DNA of 64,000 nt, taken from NCBI GenBank assembly GCA_963822585.1, contig CAWGIE010000036.1:64001-128000 (forward strand), in the 5' to 3' direction. The notes under the pieces were generated by a model that was not told where the DNA came from, ran no database searches, and was given only the letters and a program-made list of their open reading frames with translations. Made by a program: the position numbers and the translations under genes. Origin of the DNA: an uncultured bacterium. Its GTDB lineage: Bacteria > Auribacterota > Erginobacteria > Erginobacterales > Erginobacteraceae. Positions 38,143 through 48,961 of the stretch are shown here, piece by piece (position 1 is the stretch's first letter; each line of letters begins with the position of its first letter).

Positions 38143-39612
38143 ACTATCCCCGGCGATCCGGACAAAGTGACCGATTACGTTTATGACGATCTGGGCAGGA
38201 TGACCTCCGTCACCGACGAGAACGGGACCATCGCCTATCTCTTTGATGACGCGAACCGGTTGCTCTCCGTGACGCTCCCCGATGATAAGACACTCGCTTA
38301 TGAGTATGATTTGGTCGGGAACCGGACCAGGATAACTTACAGCGACGAGAGCTATGTGGATTACACCTACGACGCACTGAACCGGATGGACCAGGTTATC
38401 GACCAGGAAGAGAATGTCCTGGCCGATTATTCCTACGATGTTTTAAGGAGAACCGGCCTTCAGTATCTGAATGGGACTTCCGTCAGTTACGATTACAATG
38501 ATGCTAACTGGATCACGGCCCTGTTCAATACCCAGTCAGACCAGGGCGATATATCAGAGTTCGCCTACACTCACGACGAGGCCGGCAACCGCCTGACCAA
38601 TACCGCGAGCTGGGGAACCCAGACGTATTCTTACGACAACATTTACCAGGTCACCCAGGTGGATTATCCGGACGGTTATCCCTTCTCCGACATGACCTAT
38701 TACTATGATCCGGTGGGGAATAGGGACTCAACCATCGACGGCGGGACGGTGAATTACGAGAATAACGAACTCAATGAGTACACTTCCGTGGACTGGACGA
38801 CTTTTACCTCCGATCTGCGGGGGAATCTCACCAATGATGGAAGCAATGTTTATTCTTATGACCTGGAAAATAAACTGACTGCTGTCAACGGCAATATCAA
38901 CTATGAATATAATCCTTCCGGCCTAAGAATCGGCAAGACGGTTGATGGGGACACTACCGACTACGTTCTGGACAATAACCGCGTGATTGAGGAGTGGGAA
39001 GACGGCGAACTTCAGAGGAAATTCATTTATGGCTTGGGGATAGATGAGCCTCTGGTGATGGAGACGGGAGGGAATAGGTATTTCTATTACTTTGACGCCT
39101 TGGGCAGCGTTCAAAATCTGACTGAAGAGAATGGCTCAACGGTTGCCTCGTACAAATATGATATCTATGGAGCTTTTGATCTTACCGGCTCCTCGCACGG
39201 AAATCCTTACACTTTCACAGGGAGGAGATATGATTCAGAAACCGGTCTATTTTATTATCGGGCAAGATATTATAGTCCGGAAATAGGCCGATTTATGCAA
39301 ACTGATCCAATAGGATATGACGATATCTTGAATTTATACACGTACGTTCTAAATTCGCCAATAAATTATAATGATCCAAAAGGTTTATCTAGTAAGGGAT
39401 CCACTCCATGTCCAACTCCCACGCCACTGACAGAATTGCCAGAGGACTGTAATGAATTAAAACATGAATCCAACTACATTAATGATCTTCAAGGCAGTAA
39501 ATGGTGTACCAAGTGTGTAGATTGTTGCAGAACTAGTGATATGGGTTATAGGAACAGGCTTGATTGTATTACAGGTTGTACAATTATGCGTGAATCTTAT
39601 TGGCAGAAGTAG
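38143..39612 (+). CDS. Rhs cassette 2: orphan core + short Cys-rich tip
   Basis: Core near-identical to cassette 1; PINYNDPKGL cleavage motif. Confidence 0.88.
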   Translation, partial: TIPGDPDKVTDYVYDDLGRMTSVTDENGTIAYLFDDANRLLSVTLPDDKTLAYEYDLVGNRTRITYSDESYVDYTYDALNRMDQVIDQEENVLADYSYDVLRRTGLQYLNGTSVSYDYNDANWITALFNTQSDQGDISEFAYTHDEAGNRLTNTASWGTQTYSYDNIYQVTQVDYPDGYPFSDMTYYYDPVGNRDSTIDGGTVNYENNELNEYTSVDWTTFTSDLRGNLTNDGSNVYSYDLENKLTAVNGNINYEYNPSGLRIGKTVDGDTTDYVLDNNRVIEEWEDGELQRKFIYGLGIDEPLVMETGGNRYFYYFDALGSVQNLTEENGSTVASYKYDIYGAFDLTGSSHGNPYTFTGRRYDSETGLFYYRARYYSPEIGRFMQTDPIGYDDILNLYTYVLNSPINYNDPKGLSSKGSTPCPTPTPLTELPEDCNELKHESNYINDLQGSKWCTKCVDCCRTSDMGYRNRLDCITGCTIMRESYWQK

Positions 39613-39667
39613 TTATGGAAGATAATTTCATCTATAGAAATTATTAGTTGGGTTTTTAACTTATAAA

Positions 39668-40639
39668 ATGAAAAAGCAAAAATTTTATATTACTGCCACT
39701 CTTATTATTCTTACTATTTTCATTATCATTTTAGTAGGACATCACTATTTAGAGGTAAAATACGATTTATTACTACTACGATATGGTAATCCTGATCAAA
39801 AGACTAGTGCTTTAAAGAAATTACGGAAGACCGAATCAGGTATAAAGCAAGGTTTTAATCTTGCAATAGAGGTTTTAAAAAATGAGAATCCCAAAGTGAG
39901 ATTAGAAGCCATTCGTTTTTTTGAAAATTCAGTGCCGATCATGGGGAAATTTCCCCTGCGGGAAATTTCGAAAGATGTTATTCCATTGTTAGATGATGAG
40001 AATAAAAACATAGCAGGTTGGGGCATAGTTCTTATGGGTAAAATAGGTGGGCAGCGTTGTCTCGATGCGATAATCAAAGCCATGAAGAATCAAAATGCTG
40101 ACATAAGATTTTGGGCTATCTATTCGTTTGGCTTTTATATGTTGGATGAAAATACTCGCCAGGAATATTTACCGCAATTAAAAAAAGTCTATGTATCAGA
40201 GATTGATAGCATAGCAAAATGGATGGCTGCCGTAACGTTGGCTAGGATGGGGGATAAAAGTGGCTATGATTTATTAAAGAAATGGGCAGAAATAGATGCT
40301 AAAACGCAGGACTTCTTGTGGCGGAAAATAGTATCAAGTTCCGCCTTAATAATGTTAGGAGAAAAGTGGCCCGTCCCAACAATCCTATCTAGGCTTAATA
40401 ATACAGAAGCTTATCCAACTTACCAAGCAATGGTAATAGACACATTGCAGAAGGTTACGGGTGTTTCTTTAGGATTTGATCGGGAAAGTTGGTACTTACT
40501 GCCGGGGGATAGGAGGGTAGAGATCATAGGCAAATGGATTGACTGGTGGAAGAAAAACAAGGACAAACTAATCTGGAATCAAGATAAGCAGATGTTTGAG
40601 GAGAGGGCGGGGAATCAAATCTTTCCTCTTGATAAATGA
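39668..40639 (+). CDS. Putative immunity protein, membrane-anchored HEAT repeats
   Basis: N-terminal TM; NENPKVRLEAI, DENKNIAGW, NQNADIRFWAI repeats; AT-rich; directly after toxin. Confidence 0.7.
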   Translation: MKKQKFYITATLIILTIFIIILVGHHYLEVKYDLLLLRYGNPDQKTSALKKLRKTESGIKQGFNLAIEVLKNENPKVRLEAIRFFENSVPIMGKFPLREISKDVIPLLDDENKNIAGWGIVLMGKIGGQRCLDAIIKAMKNQNADIRFWAIYSFGFYMLDENTRQEYLPQLKKVYVSEIDSIAKWMAAVTLARMGDKSGYDLLKKWAEIDAKTQDFLWRKIVSSSALIMLGEKWPVPTILSRLNNTEAYPTYQAMVIDTLQKVTGVSLGFDRESWYLLPGDRRVEIIGKWIDWWKKNKDKLIWNQDKQMFEERAGNQIFPLDK

Positions 40640-40670
40640 TCTGCATTTTCAACATTTGATTTAAACATTC
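40609..40670 (+). repeat. Cassette-junction motif, copy 1 (copy 2 at 43149-43209)
   Basis: gg(aa/gg)tcaaatctttcct(c/t)ttga(t/c)aaatgatctgcattttcaacatt(t/c)gattt(t)aaacattc. Confidence 0.85.
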
Positions 40671-40676
40671 CGTTAC

Positions 40677-42398
40677 GGCGAGACGATCACTTATGAATAT
40701 GACCTCATCAATAGGATGACCAAGAAAATCATCCCTGGCGATCCGGACAAAGTGACCGACTACGTATATGACGATCTGGGCAGGATGACCTCCGTTATCG
40801 ACGAGAACGGGACAATCGCCTATGTCTTTGATGACGCGAACCGACTACTTTCCGTGACGTTCCCCGATGATAAGACGCTCGCTTATGAGTATGATTTGGT
40901 CGGGAACCGGACCAAGGTGACTTATACAGACGAGAGTTACGTGGAATATACCTATGACAACCTGAACCGGATGGACCAGGTTATCGACCAGGAAGAGAAT
41001 GTCCTGGCCGATTATTCCTACAATGCCGTGAGGCGCACCGGCCTTCAGTATCTGAATGGGACTTCCGTGAGCTATGCTTACAATGACGCGAGCTGGGTCA
41101 CGGCCCTGTTCAATACTCAGTCAGAACAAGGCGATATCTCATATTTCACGTACACCCACGACGAGGCCGGAAACCGTCTGACCAATACCGCGAGCTGGGG
41201 AACACAGACCTATTCTTACGACAACATTTACCAGGTGACAAATGTGGATTATCCCGAAGGATATCCGTTTGCCGACATGATCTATAACTACGACCCCGTA
41301 GGGAACCGGGACTCAACCGTCAACGGCGGGACGGTGGGGTATGAGAACAACGAGCTCAACGAGTACACTTCCGTGGACTGGACGACTTTTACTTCCGACC
41401 TGCGGGGGAATCTCACCAATAATGGAAGCAAAGTTTATTCTTATGACCTGGAAAATAAACTGACGGCTGTCAACGGCAATATCAGTTATGAATATAATCC
41501 TTCCGGCTTAAGGATCAGCAAGACAGTTGAAAGCAATACAATAAATTACGTTCTGGACAATAACCGTGTGATTGAGGAGTGGGAAGACGGTGAACTTCAG
41601 AGGAAATTCATCTATGGGGTGGGGATAGACGAGCCTCTGGTGATGGAGACGGGAGGGAATAGGTATTTTTATCACTTTGATGCCCTAGGCAGCGTTCAAA
41701 ATCTAACAGATTCAACTGGAACAATTCTTGCCACGTACAAGTATGATATTTATGGAGATTTTCAACTGAGCGGGAATTCCCAAGGAAATTCATACACCTT
41801 CACCGGCCGGAGATTCGACTCAGAGAACGAACTATTTTATTATCGGACGAGGTATTATAATGCAGGGTTGGGAAGGTTTCTGCAAGTTGATCGGATAGGA
41901 TATGAAGATTCGGTTAATTTATTTATTTATACTTTAAATGATCCAATTAATATAAAAGATCCAGGCGGAAATAAATGTTGTTGTAAGGAATCAACATGTA
42001 AGATAAAAATCGCGTTGCCTGCAGCAGATTGTACTAAGGATTTAGAAGTTACTTTAAAAGATTATGCAAAGGTTACAATAGAAACAACGGGCAATGTGGA
42101 TGTGAGTAAATGTCATTTACACCAAGAAGCAAAATGGGAAAATTATTATCTAATAACAAAAGTAGATGAGGACCTGGATGATTATCCAAGCCATCCAGCT
42201 GGGGATACGGGTTTTACTGATAAACCATCCTATACAAAATCATATTTAGGTAGTTTTCGCTTTACGGGAAAAGTATATATAGAAGAAATTCCAGAAATAA
42301 GCAGCACTTGGGGTATTTACACCAAAAGAGCTAGATATGATAAACCTGGGGGAGAGTGGAACGAAAGGTGGGACGAATGCTATTCCTATATAGAATAA
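40677..42398 (+). CDS. Rhs cassette 3: orphan core + Cys-rich tip
   Basis: Homology starts at GETITYEYDLINRM; PINIKDPGGN motif. Confidence 0.88.
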   Translation, partial: GETITYEYDLINRMTKKIIPGDPDKVTDYVYDDLGRMTSVIDENGTIAYVFDDANRLLSVTFPDDKTLAYEYDLVGNRTKVTYTDESYVEYTYDNLNRMDQVIDQEENVLADYSYNAVRRTGLQYLNGTSVSYAYNDASWVTALFNTQSEQGDISYFTYTHDEAGNRLTNTASWGTQTYSYDNIYQVTNVDYPEGYPFADMIYNYDPVGNRDSTVNGGTVGYENNELNEYTSVDWTTFTSDLRGNLTNNGSKVYSYDLENKLTAVNGNISYEYNPSGLRISKTVESNTINYVLDNNRVIEEWEDGELQRKFIYGVGIDEPLVMETGGNRYFYHFDALGSVQNLTDSTGTILATYKYDIYGDFQLSGNSQGNSYTFTGRRFDSENELFYYRTRYYNAGLGRFLQVDRIGYEDSVNLFIYTLNDPINIKDPGGNKCCCKESTCKIKIALPAADCTKDLEVTLKDYAKVTIETTGNVDVSKCHLHQEAKWENYYLITKVDEDLDDYPSHPAGDTGFTDKPSYTKSYLGSFRFTGKVYIEEIPEISSTWGIYTKRARYDKPGGEWNERWDECYSYIE

Positions 42399-42415
42399 AA
42401 TAAAGGGAGTAAAAC

Positions 42416-43177
42416 ATGTATTATAATTTTTTAGTGTTTTTTATATTACTTAATGCTTCAAGCATGAAAGAAATAATTCCAATACTTAGAAATGATTTTA
42501 ATTCTATATATGGAATAGTAGATTGCTCTAACGAATTTCTTATTATTAAAAATGGTATTGCGATATATCCTGCGAAAGAATATGTCAATTTTAAAATTGA
42601 AATGGATATCCTAGACCATGAAGGATGCTGTTACGGCATTTTTGGATATACTGAATTATCAAATATTGATGTTGAGGAATTTTTCAATATCTTAAAATCA
42701 CAATCTTCCTTGGCAGATTATAATATATATGAATATGTAAGGTTTTGCATAATATATTATGATAAACAGTCACTCAAGAGAGAGAATTATCCCTTTGATG
42801 GCCATTCATATAAGGCAATCTGGATAGATAGATATAAAGAGACAGATAGATTTAATGAATCTGGTGATATAGTTAGAGGTTGTTGTATCGGAAGAGCTTC
42901 TTCATTTGCAGAGCCTGGATTAAAAAAAGATTGTTGGAATACTTTATCATTAACTTTCAATAATGGTTATCTACATAGTAGAATCAATAATTACGAGACA
43001 ACAAGTGCAAGTACATTCCCTAAAAAGAAGTTAAAAATAGGATTTGTGGCTTTCGGAGATCAGCCGATGAAATTTAAGAATATCCAAATAACCGAGTTGG
43101 CCGATTCGAAATCTTCCCCGAATACTCCAACTCCAATTGTGGAGGATTGGGGTCAAATCTTTCCTTTTGACAAATGA
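42416..43177 (+). CDS. Putative immunity protein, exported beta-rich domain
   Basis: GGGAG RBS, N-terminal hydrophobic stretch, WNTLSLTF...KIGF...FKNIQITEL (lectin-like beta-sandwich pattern). Confidence 0.62.
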   Translation: MYYNFLVFFILLNASSMKEIIPILRNDFNSIYGIVDCSNEFLIIKNGIAIYPAKEYVNFKIEMDILDHEGCCYGIFGYTELSNIDVEEFFNILKSQSSLADYNIYEYVRFCIIYYDKQSLKRENYPFDGHSYKAIWIDRYKETDRFNESGDIVRGCCIGRASSFAEPGLKKDCWNTLSLTFNNGYLHSRINNYETTSASTFPKKKLKIGFVAFGDQPMKFKNIQITELADSKSSPNTPTPIVEDWGQIFPFDK

Positions 43178-43215
43178 TCTGCATTTTCAACATTCGATTT
43201 TAAACATTCTTCTTC

Positions 43216-44866
43216 GGCGAGACGATCACTTATGAATACGACCTCATCAATCGAATGACCAAGAAAACCATCCCCGGCGATCCGGACAAAGTGACCGATT
43301 ACGTTTATGACGATCTGGGCAGGATGACCTCCGTCACCGACGAGAACGGGACCATCGCCTATCTCTTTGATGACGCGAACCGGTTGCTCTCCGTGACGCT
43401 CCCCGATGATAAGACACTCGCTTATGAGTATGATTTGGTCGGGAACCGGACCAGGATAACTTACAGCGACGAGAGCTATGTGGATTACACCTACGACGCA
43501 CTGAACCGGATGGACCAGGTTATCGACCAGGAAGAGAATGTCCTGGCCGATTATTCCTACAATGCCGTGAGGCGCACCGGCCTTCAGTATCTGAATGGGA
43601 CTTCCGTGAGCTATGCTTACAATGACGCGAGCTGGGTCACGGCCCTGTTCAATACTCAGTCAGAACAAGGCGATATCTCATATTTCACGTACACCCACGA
43701 CGAGGCCGGAAACCGTCTGACCAATACCGCGAGCTGGGGAACACAAACCTATTACTATGATTGTGAGAACCAGCTTACCAAAGTGGTCAGAGACTCCGAT
43801 GGTGAAACGCTGGGAGAATACACATATGATCCATTCGGGAAGAGGATTCAGAAGATCACCAATGGCATCACAACCAACTATATCTATGACCAGAGCAGTT
43901 ATCAGGTAATAGCCGAGTATGAGGATGACGGGGAAGAGTTTGAGTTAGTGAGAGAATATATATATGGAGTAGGCATCGATGAGACGCTAATAATGGTGCA
44001 AGACGAAGAAAGATATTTCTATTACCAGGACGGTTTGTGGTCAGTAGTTGATTTAACCGACTATAATGGGAATACGCTTACATCATATGATTATACTGTT
44101 TATGGAGACTTCATGGTCTCCGGAACACTCTTAGATAATCCTTATACTTTTACTGGAAGAAGATATAATCCTGAATGTGAGTTATTCGATTACCGGACTA
44201 GGATTTACTCGGCGAAGATTGGAAGGTTTTTGCAAGTTGATCCAATTAGATATAAAGAAGGTTCTAATCTATATAACTATGTTAATAATATGCCTATTAA
44301 TTTGGTAGATCCTTTCGGATTAAGTAATACACCACCCCTTGATAATTGTAGTATTTTTATAATCTTTGCGCATTTACCAAGCAATTGGCAAATATATAGA
44401 GATCAATTAAAGGAACTACATAATCTATTTAATACAAGATCTGGTTGGCAAAAGAAGCACAGGGGTATTTTTTATTGGCTGTGGGATGATACTATTGAAC
44501 GATATGTTGGAAAAAGAATATCCTGAAAATTATGTTGCCACACCCGAATTTAAAAAAGCTACTACTTCAGTATTTGAATATCGCGGGGTAGATTATTATA
44601 CAAATAATTCAAAAAAAGATATTCCTGCAGATTTTCCTTACTATGATAAGCCAGAAAAAATAGATAAATATTTAGGGGGGCAATTTACTGATCTTGTTTT
44701 AACGGCAATAGAGTATGCTAAATCTTCTGTGCCTAAACGTTGTTCTGAACATTGTTGTAAAGAAGTACTAATAAATATATTATGTGGGGCTCCAGAGATA
44801 GAAGGTCGTAAATTAGATAAAAAAGGATTATGTGGGAAAACGATACATGTCCGGTGCCCACAATGA
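43216..44866 (+). CDS. Rhs cassette 4: chimeric core + tip, probable frameshift in the poly-T at about 44467-44473
   Basis: PINLVDPFGL motif; ORFs 43255-44526 and 44486-44866 join as ...RGIFIGCGMILLND... if one T is removed. Confidence 0.8.
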
Positions 44867-44873
44867 ATAAATA

Positions 44874-46945
44874 ATGAAAAATAAATCATACTTAGAAAAC
44901 AATATAAATAAATTACATCCGATTATCATGATGTTGATTATATTTTAATAATTATTGTGAACATAAATTTAGCGTACTCCTCGAATGAGGATCCAGTTTA
45001 CGGCAACGATGGAGATAATAAAATATTAATTGAGATATGGGGGGAGATAAAAAATTATGGGATATATTACATAGATAAGGATATGGGAGTAGCTAAGTTT
45101 GTGGAAAATGCCGGTATTTTACCAAATAGTCTATTATCCCAAGTTTTATTAAAACGTGAAATTGACAGAAAAAATGTTGAAACAATTATAAATGTGAGAA
45201 AAATTATCAACAATCCTTCGTTACCTGATATTCCTTTGAATGATGGTGACCTATTATATGTATTTTGGAACCTATGTGGCAATGACTCATCTGATACAGA
45301 ATATTTTTCCTTTATTCCAGATGAAGATGAATCAATTCAAGATACTTCGGAACTGATATTCCTTAGGTCCTATCCCAAAAATGCACCGTCGAGGTCTAAT
45401 TCGTGTTTTGATTATTATATGGAGATAACAAATAAAATATTAAAACCTCATCTGCCGTTTCCCACTCCGATTCCTATGACAGTAAGTTTGATTGATATGC
45501 ATCAGGGATATTATAAATTTAAAGGAAAGAGCTATCCCAGAGAAGTTAAAACAACAAATGCAGGGGTTGAAATGGTATTGATTGAACCGGGTGATCTTAT
45601 TGTAGATGATCATAGAGGTTGGGAAATTACACAATTGGGATGGGAACAAACAATAAGACAAGAATTTAAAATAACCCAACCATTTTATATTGGAAAGTAT
45701 GAAGTCAGTGTTGCCCAGTTTAATACGTTTATATCTGAAACAGGGTATAAGACTGACGCAGAACAAAAAGGATACGCTCTTAATTCAGTAAATAAAAAAA
45801 TTAAGGGTATGACTTGGAAAGACCCGGGATATCCTCAAGATAATAACGAGCCAGTAACATGTGTTAGTTGGAAAGATGCAGAAGCATTTTGCGCATGGAT
45901 AGGAGGGAGACTTCCTACAGAAATGGAATGGGAATATGCTTGTCGAGCAGGAACTACAACTAAATATTCGTTTGGTGATCGAATAACAACTAATCTAGCT
46001 AATTACAATGGCTCGATTACAGATTATTGGCATAACATGAAAAATAGAATATTTCGGAGAAAAACTATGCCAATTAATTCATTCAAGCCAAATTACTTCG
46101 GATTATATAACATACATGGTAATATTAGTGAGTGGTGTGTTGATTGGATCACTGATGAAATTCCACTATTACAATTGTGCGGAGGTTCTTGGAGAGATGC
46201 TTGGGATGCACTCGAATCATCATATGCAAGACGGGGAACTATTGCTGATAATGGAAATGATATAGGATTCCGTGTTGCATGTTCCATACAAGAAATGAAA
46301 AAGAATACGGAGCCACATATTGAATTCAAAGCAACTCCGGAATCGATAATAATTGTGGATAATAATTTTATTCTCAAAAATAATGGTCTGATTTATGGAA
46401 TAAATTCAGAGGATCCATTCACGGGAGAGAAAATTGAATATTACTCTAATGGCCAAAAGAAGTCGGAGATCGAATATCATAATGGAAAAATAGATGGACG
46501 TTCTATCAAATGGTATGAGAATGGCCAAAAGTCAGAAGAGGTGGCATGGCATAATAATAAAGAACATGGAAAGTATATCAAATGGTATCAGAATGGCCAG
46601 AAAGAGATTGAGATTAATAAACGTAATGGGCGGCTGAATGGGAAGGCATTACGGTGGAATGAGAATGGGCAGAAGTTGGAAGAGGCTAATTACCATGATG
46701 GCAAACGGCAAGGTAAGTTTAACATATGGTATGAGAATGGCCAAAAGTCCGAGGAAGGTGAGTGGCGTGACAACATTGAGCATGGAGAATGGACTTATTG
46801 GTATGAGAATGGACAAAAGAAAATGGAACGGGAATGGAATAAAGGAAAGTTAATTAGTATGAATTGCTGGGACGAAGACGGGAATTCGGTTAATTGTTAC
46901 GAATTGTTACGAACTGGATTAAGATCAATAAAAATAAAAAGATAG
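44874..46945 (+). CDS. Multidomain protein: FGE-sulfatase (SUMF1) domain + MORN2/YwqK-type repeats; probable signal peptide frameshifted near 44945
   Basis: FYIGKYEV, PVTCVSW.DA..FC.W, RLPTEMEWEYACRAG, PN.FGLY..HGN.SEW, IGFR; about 7 WYENGQK repeats; ORF track starts at 44957. Confidence 0.82.
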
Positions 46946-46946
46946 C

Positions 46947-48764
46947 GGACGCCGGACGACCAAGACCTACCCCGACTCATCCACCGCCGATTTTACCTAT
47001 GATCACCTGGGAAGAATGACGGCGGCGGAGAATGACAACGCGGAATATGCGTTCTACTACAACGATCTCAGTCAACTGACCGGGGTGGCGTTAAGTATCG
47101 GATCGGAGAGCTACGAGATCGATTATACCTATGATCTGGTCGGTAATAAAACATCGATTGAATATCCGTATGGTGGTACGTATACTCGGGTGTATGACGA
47201 TCTCAACCGGCTCGACCAGGTAAAAGAGGGTGCGGCCGTGCTTGCTGAATACAGCTACAATAATCTAAACCAGCGGACCCGCCGGGATTATCTTAACTCC
47301 ACCTGGACCTCATACTCATACAACGATGCCGGCTGGCTTACCGATCTCACCAACTGGCGTACTGAAACCGATATCATCTCAGAGTTTTCCTATACTCATG
47401 ATGATGTCGGCAACCGAACCACGATGACAACCGAGGACGGGACCCATACTTACAGCTACGATAAGATATACGAACTGACTGCCGTTAACTATCCCGCCGG
47501 GTCATCATTCTCCGATCAGACGTTCCATTACGACAGTGCCTGGAACCGCACCACCACGATTAATGGAGGAACGGAGGAATATCTCTCCAACAATCTCAAT
47601 CAATATACTGAAGTCGATGGAGTGACTTTCGATTATGATGATAACGGCAACTTAACTGACGATGGTACACAGACCTATTACTATGACTGCGAGAACCAGC
47701 TCACTAAAGTGGTCAGAAACTCCGATGGTGAGATGCTGGGAGAATACACATACGATCCGTTCGGCAAGAGAATCCAGAAAACCACCGATGATGTTACCAT
47801 TAACTACGTCTATGATCAGACCAGCTACCAGGTCATTGCCGAGTATGAGGATGAGGGGGGAAGTTTTGAGTTAGCGAGAGAATATATTTATGGAATCGGT
47901 ATTGATGAGCCTCTGATAATGGTTAAGAATGAAGAAAGATATTATTACTATCGAGATGGCTTAGGCTCTGTGGTTGGACTAATTGATTATGAGGGAAATA
48001 CAGTCAAAATGTATGATTACGCGGTTTATGGAGATTTTTCGTCATCAGGGACACTCTCAGGCAACCCTTACAATTTTACTGGCAGAAGATATGATCCAGA
48101 TTCTGGATTATTTTATTACCGGGCGAGGTATTACAGCCCGAAGGTGGGTAGGTTCTTGCAGACCGATCCCTTGCCGCATCATATGCTGTGTCTCTATCAA
48201 TATGTTAAAAATAATCCAATTAATTACCTAGACTGGAGTGGACTGCAGGGAGGAAAAGCAGATGTTTGTTGCGACGCAGATGAAATGGTCAGACAAATGC
48301 TACAAGATATGCTGGCACCAAGATTAAATATGGCAACCATTACGGCGAGCCTCCATGAAGGTTGTGCCCATGAAGCTGCTCGACAGGTGCAAGAACCAGT
48401 AACAAAAGATGGGAGCCCCCTAAGGCATTGTGTAACCTTATGCTTGATTGTAGGTGAATGTGGTGCATCCTTGGCTGAAGCAGAAGAGATCGGTAAGGAA
48501 TATGAACGCGGGACTGTTTATAAATATTTGGATAAGTGCAAGAATAAGGAAACTATTCTGCAGCGGATCGAATGTCAGTATGATTTATTGAAGGACACTC
48601 AGGCTGATCTTGTGGCTAATAGAGTTGGCGCACAATTAGGATCTGAGGGAGCTTCTAACTTAGAAGAATGTTTAGATGCCTGTTCGCCTTATTTCCCCAA
48701 TGAACCACAGCGCTATCCAGTAACGGAAGAGTTTATGGAAATGCTAAGTGCTTATAATAAATAG
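46947..48764 (+). CDS. Rhs cassette 5: different core subtype + helical Cys-containing tip
   Basis: YD repeats begin right after the previous stop; FTGRRYD, GRFLQTDP, PINYLDWSGL. Confidence 0.87.
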   Translation, partial: GRRTTKTYPDSSTADFTYDHLGRMTAAENDNAEYAFYYNDLSQLTGVALSIGSESYEIDYTYDLVGNKTSIEYPYGGTYTRVYDDLNRLDQVKEGAAVLAEYSYNNLNQRTRRDYLNSTWTSYSYNDAGWLTDLTNWRTETDIISEFSYTHDDVGNRTTMTTEDGTHTYSYDKIYELTAVNYPAGSSFSDQTFHYDSAWNRTTTINGGTEEYLSNNLNQYTEVDGVTFDYDDNGNLTDDGTQTYYYDCENQLTKVVRNSDGEMLGEYTYDPFGKRIQKTTDDVTINYVYDQTSYQVIAEYEDEGGSFELAREYIYGIGIDEPLIMVKNEERYYYYRDGLGSVVGLIDYEGNTVKMYDYAVYGDFSSSGTLSGNPYNFTGRRYDPDSGLFYYRARYYSPKVGRFLQTDPLPHHMLCLYQYVKNNPINYLDWSGLQGGKADVCCDADEMVRQMLQDMLAPRLNMATITASLHEGCAHEAARQVQEPVTKDGSPLRHCVTLCLIVGECGASLAEAEEIGKEYERGTVYKYLDKCKNKETILQRIECQYDLLKDTQADLVANRVGAQLGSEGASNLEECLDACSPYFPNEPQRYPVTEEFMEMLSAYNK

Positions 48765-48961
48765 ATTATCATGGCTTATTGATATTTATTTTAAACATTC
48801 GAATCAGGAGCCGTAGTGGCAACTGAGAATCGGGTATTATTTGAGTTTTATATTATTACAATGCATATAGTATGTGAATGATTACACAACAGTAACGTAC
48901 AAAAAAAGGGGCGACCATTGGCGAAGTTTCTAATCTCGATTGAATAGGGTGCCGCAAGGTA

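Noticed and set aside
35500..43750. Diversity-generating retroelement among near-identical Rhs repeats
   Set aside because: Differences are not adenine-specific and no reverse transcriptase is in the window.
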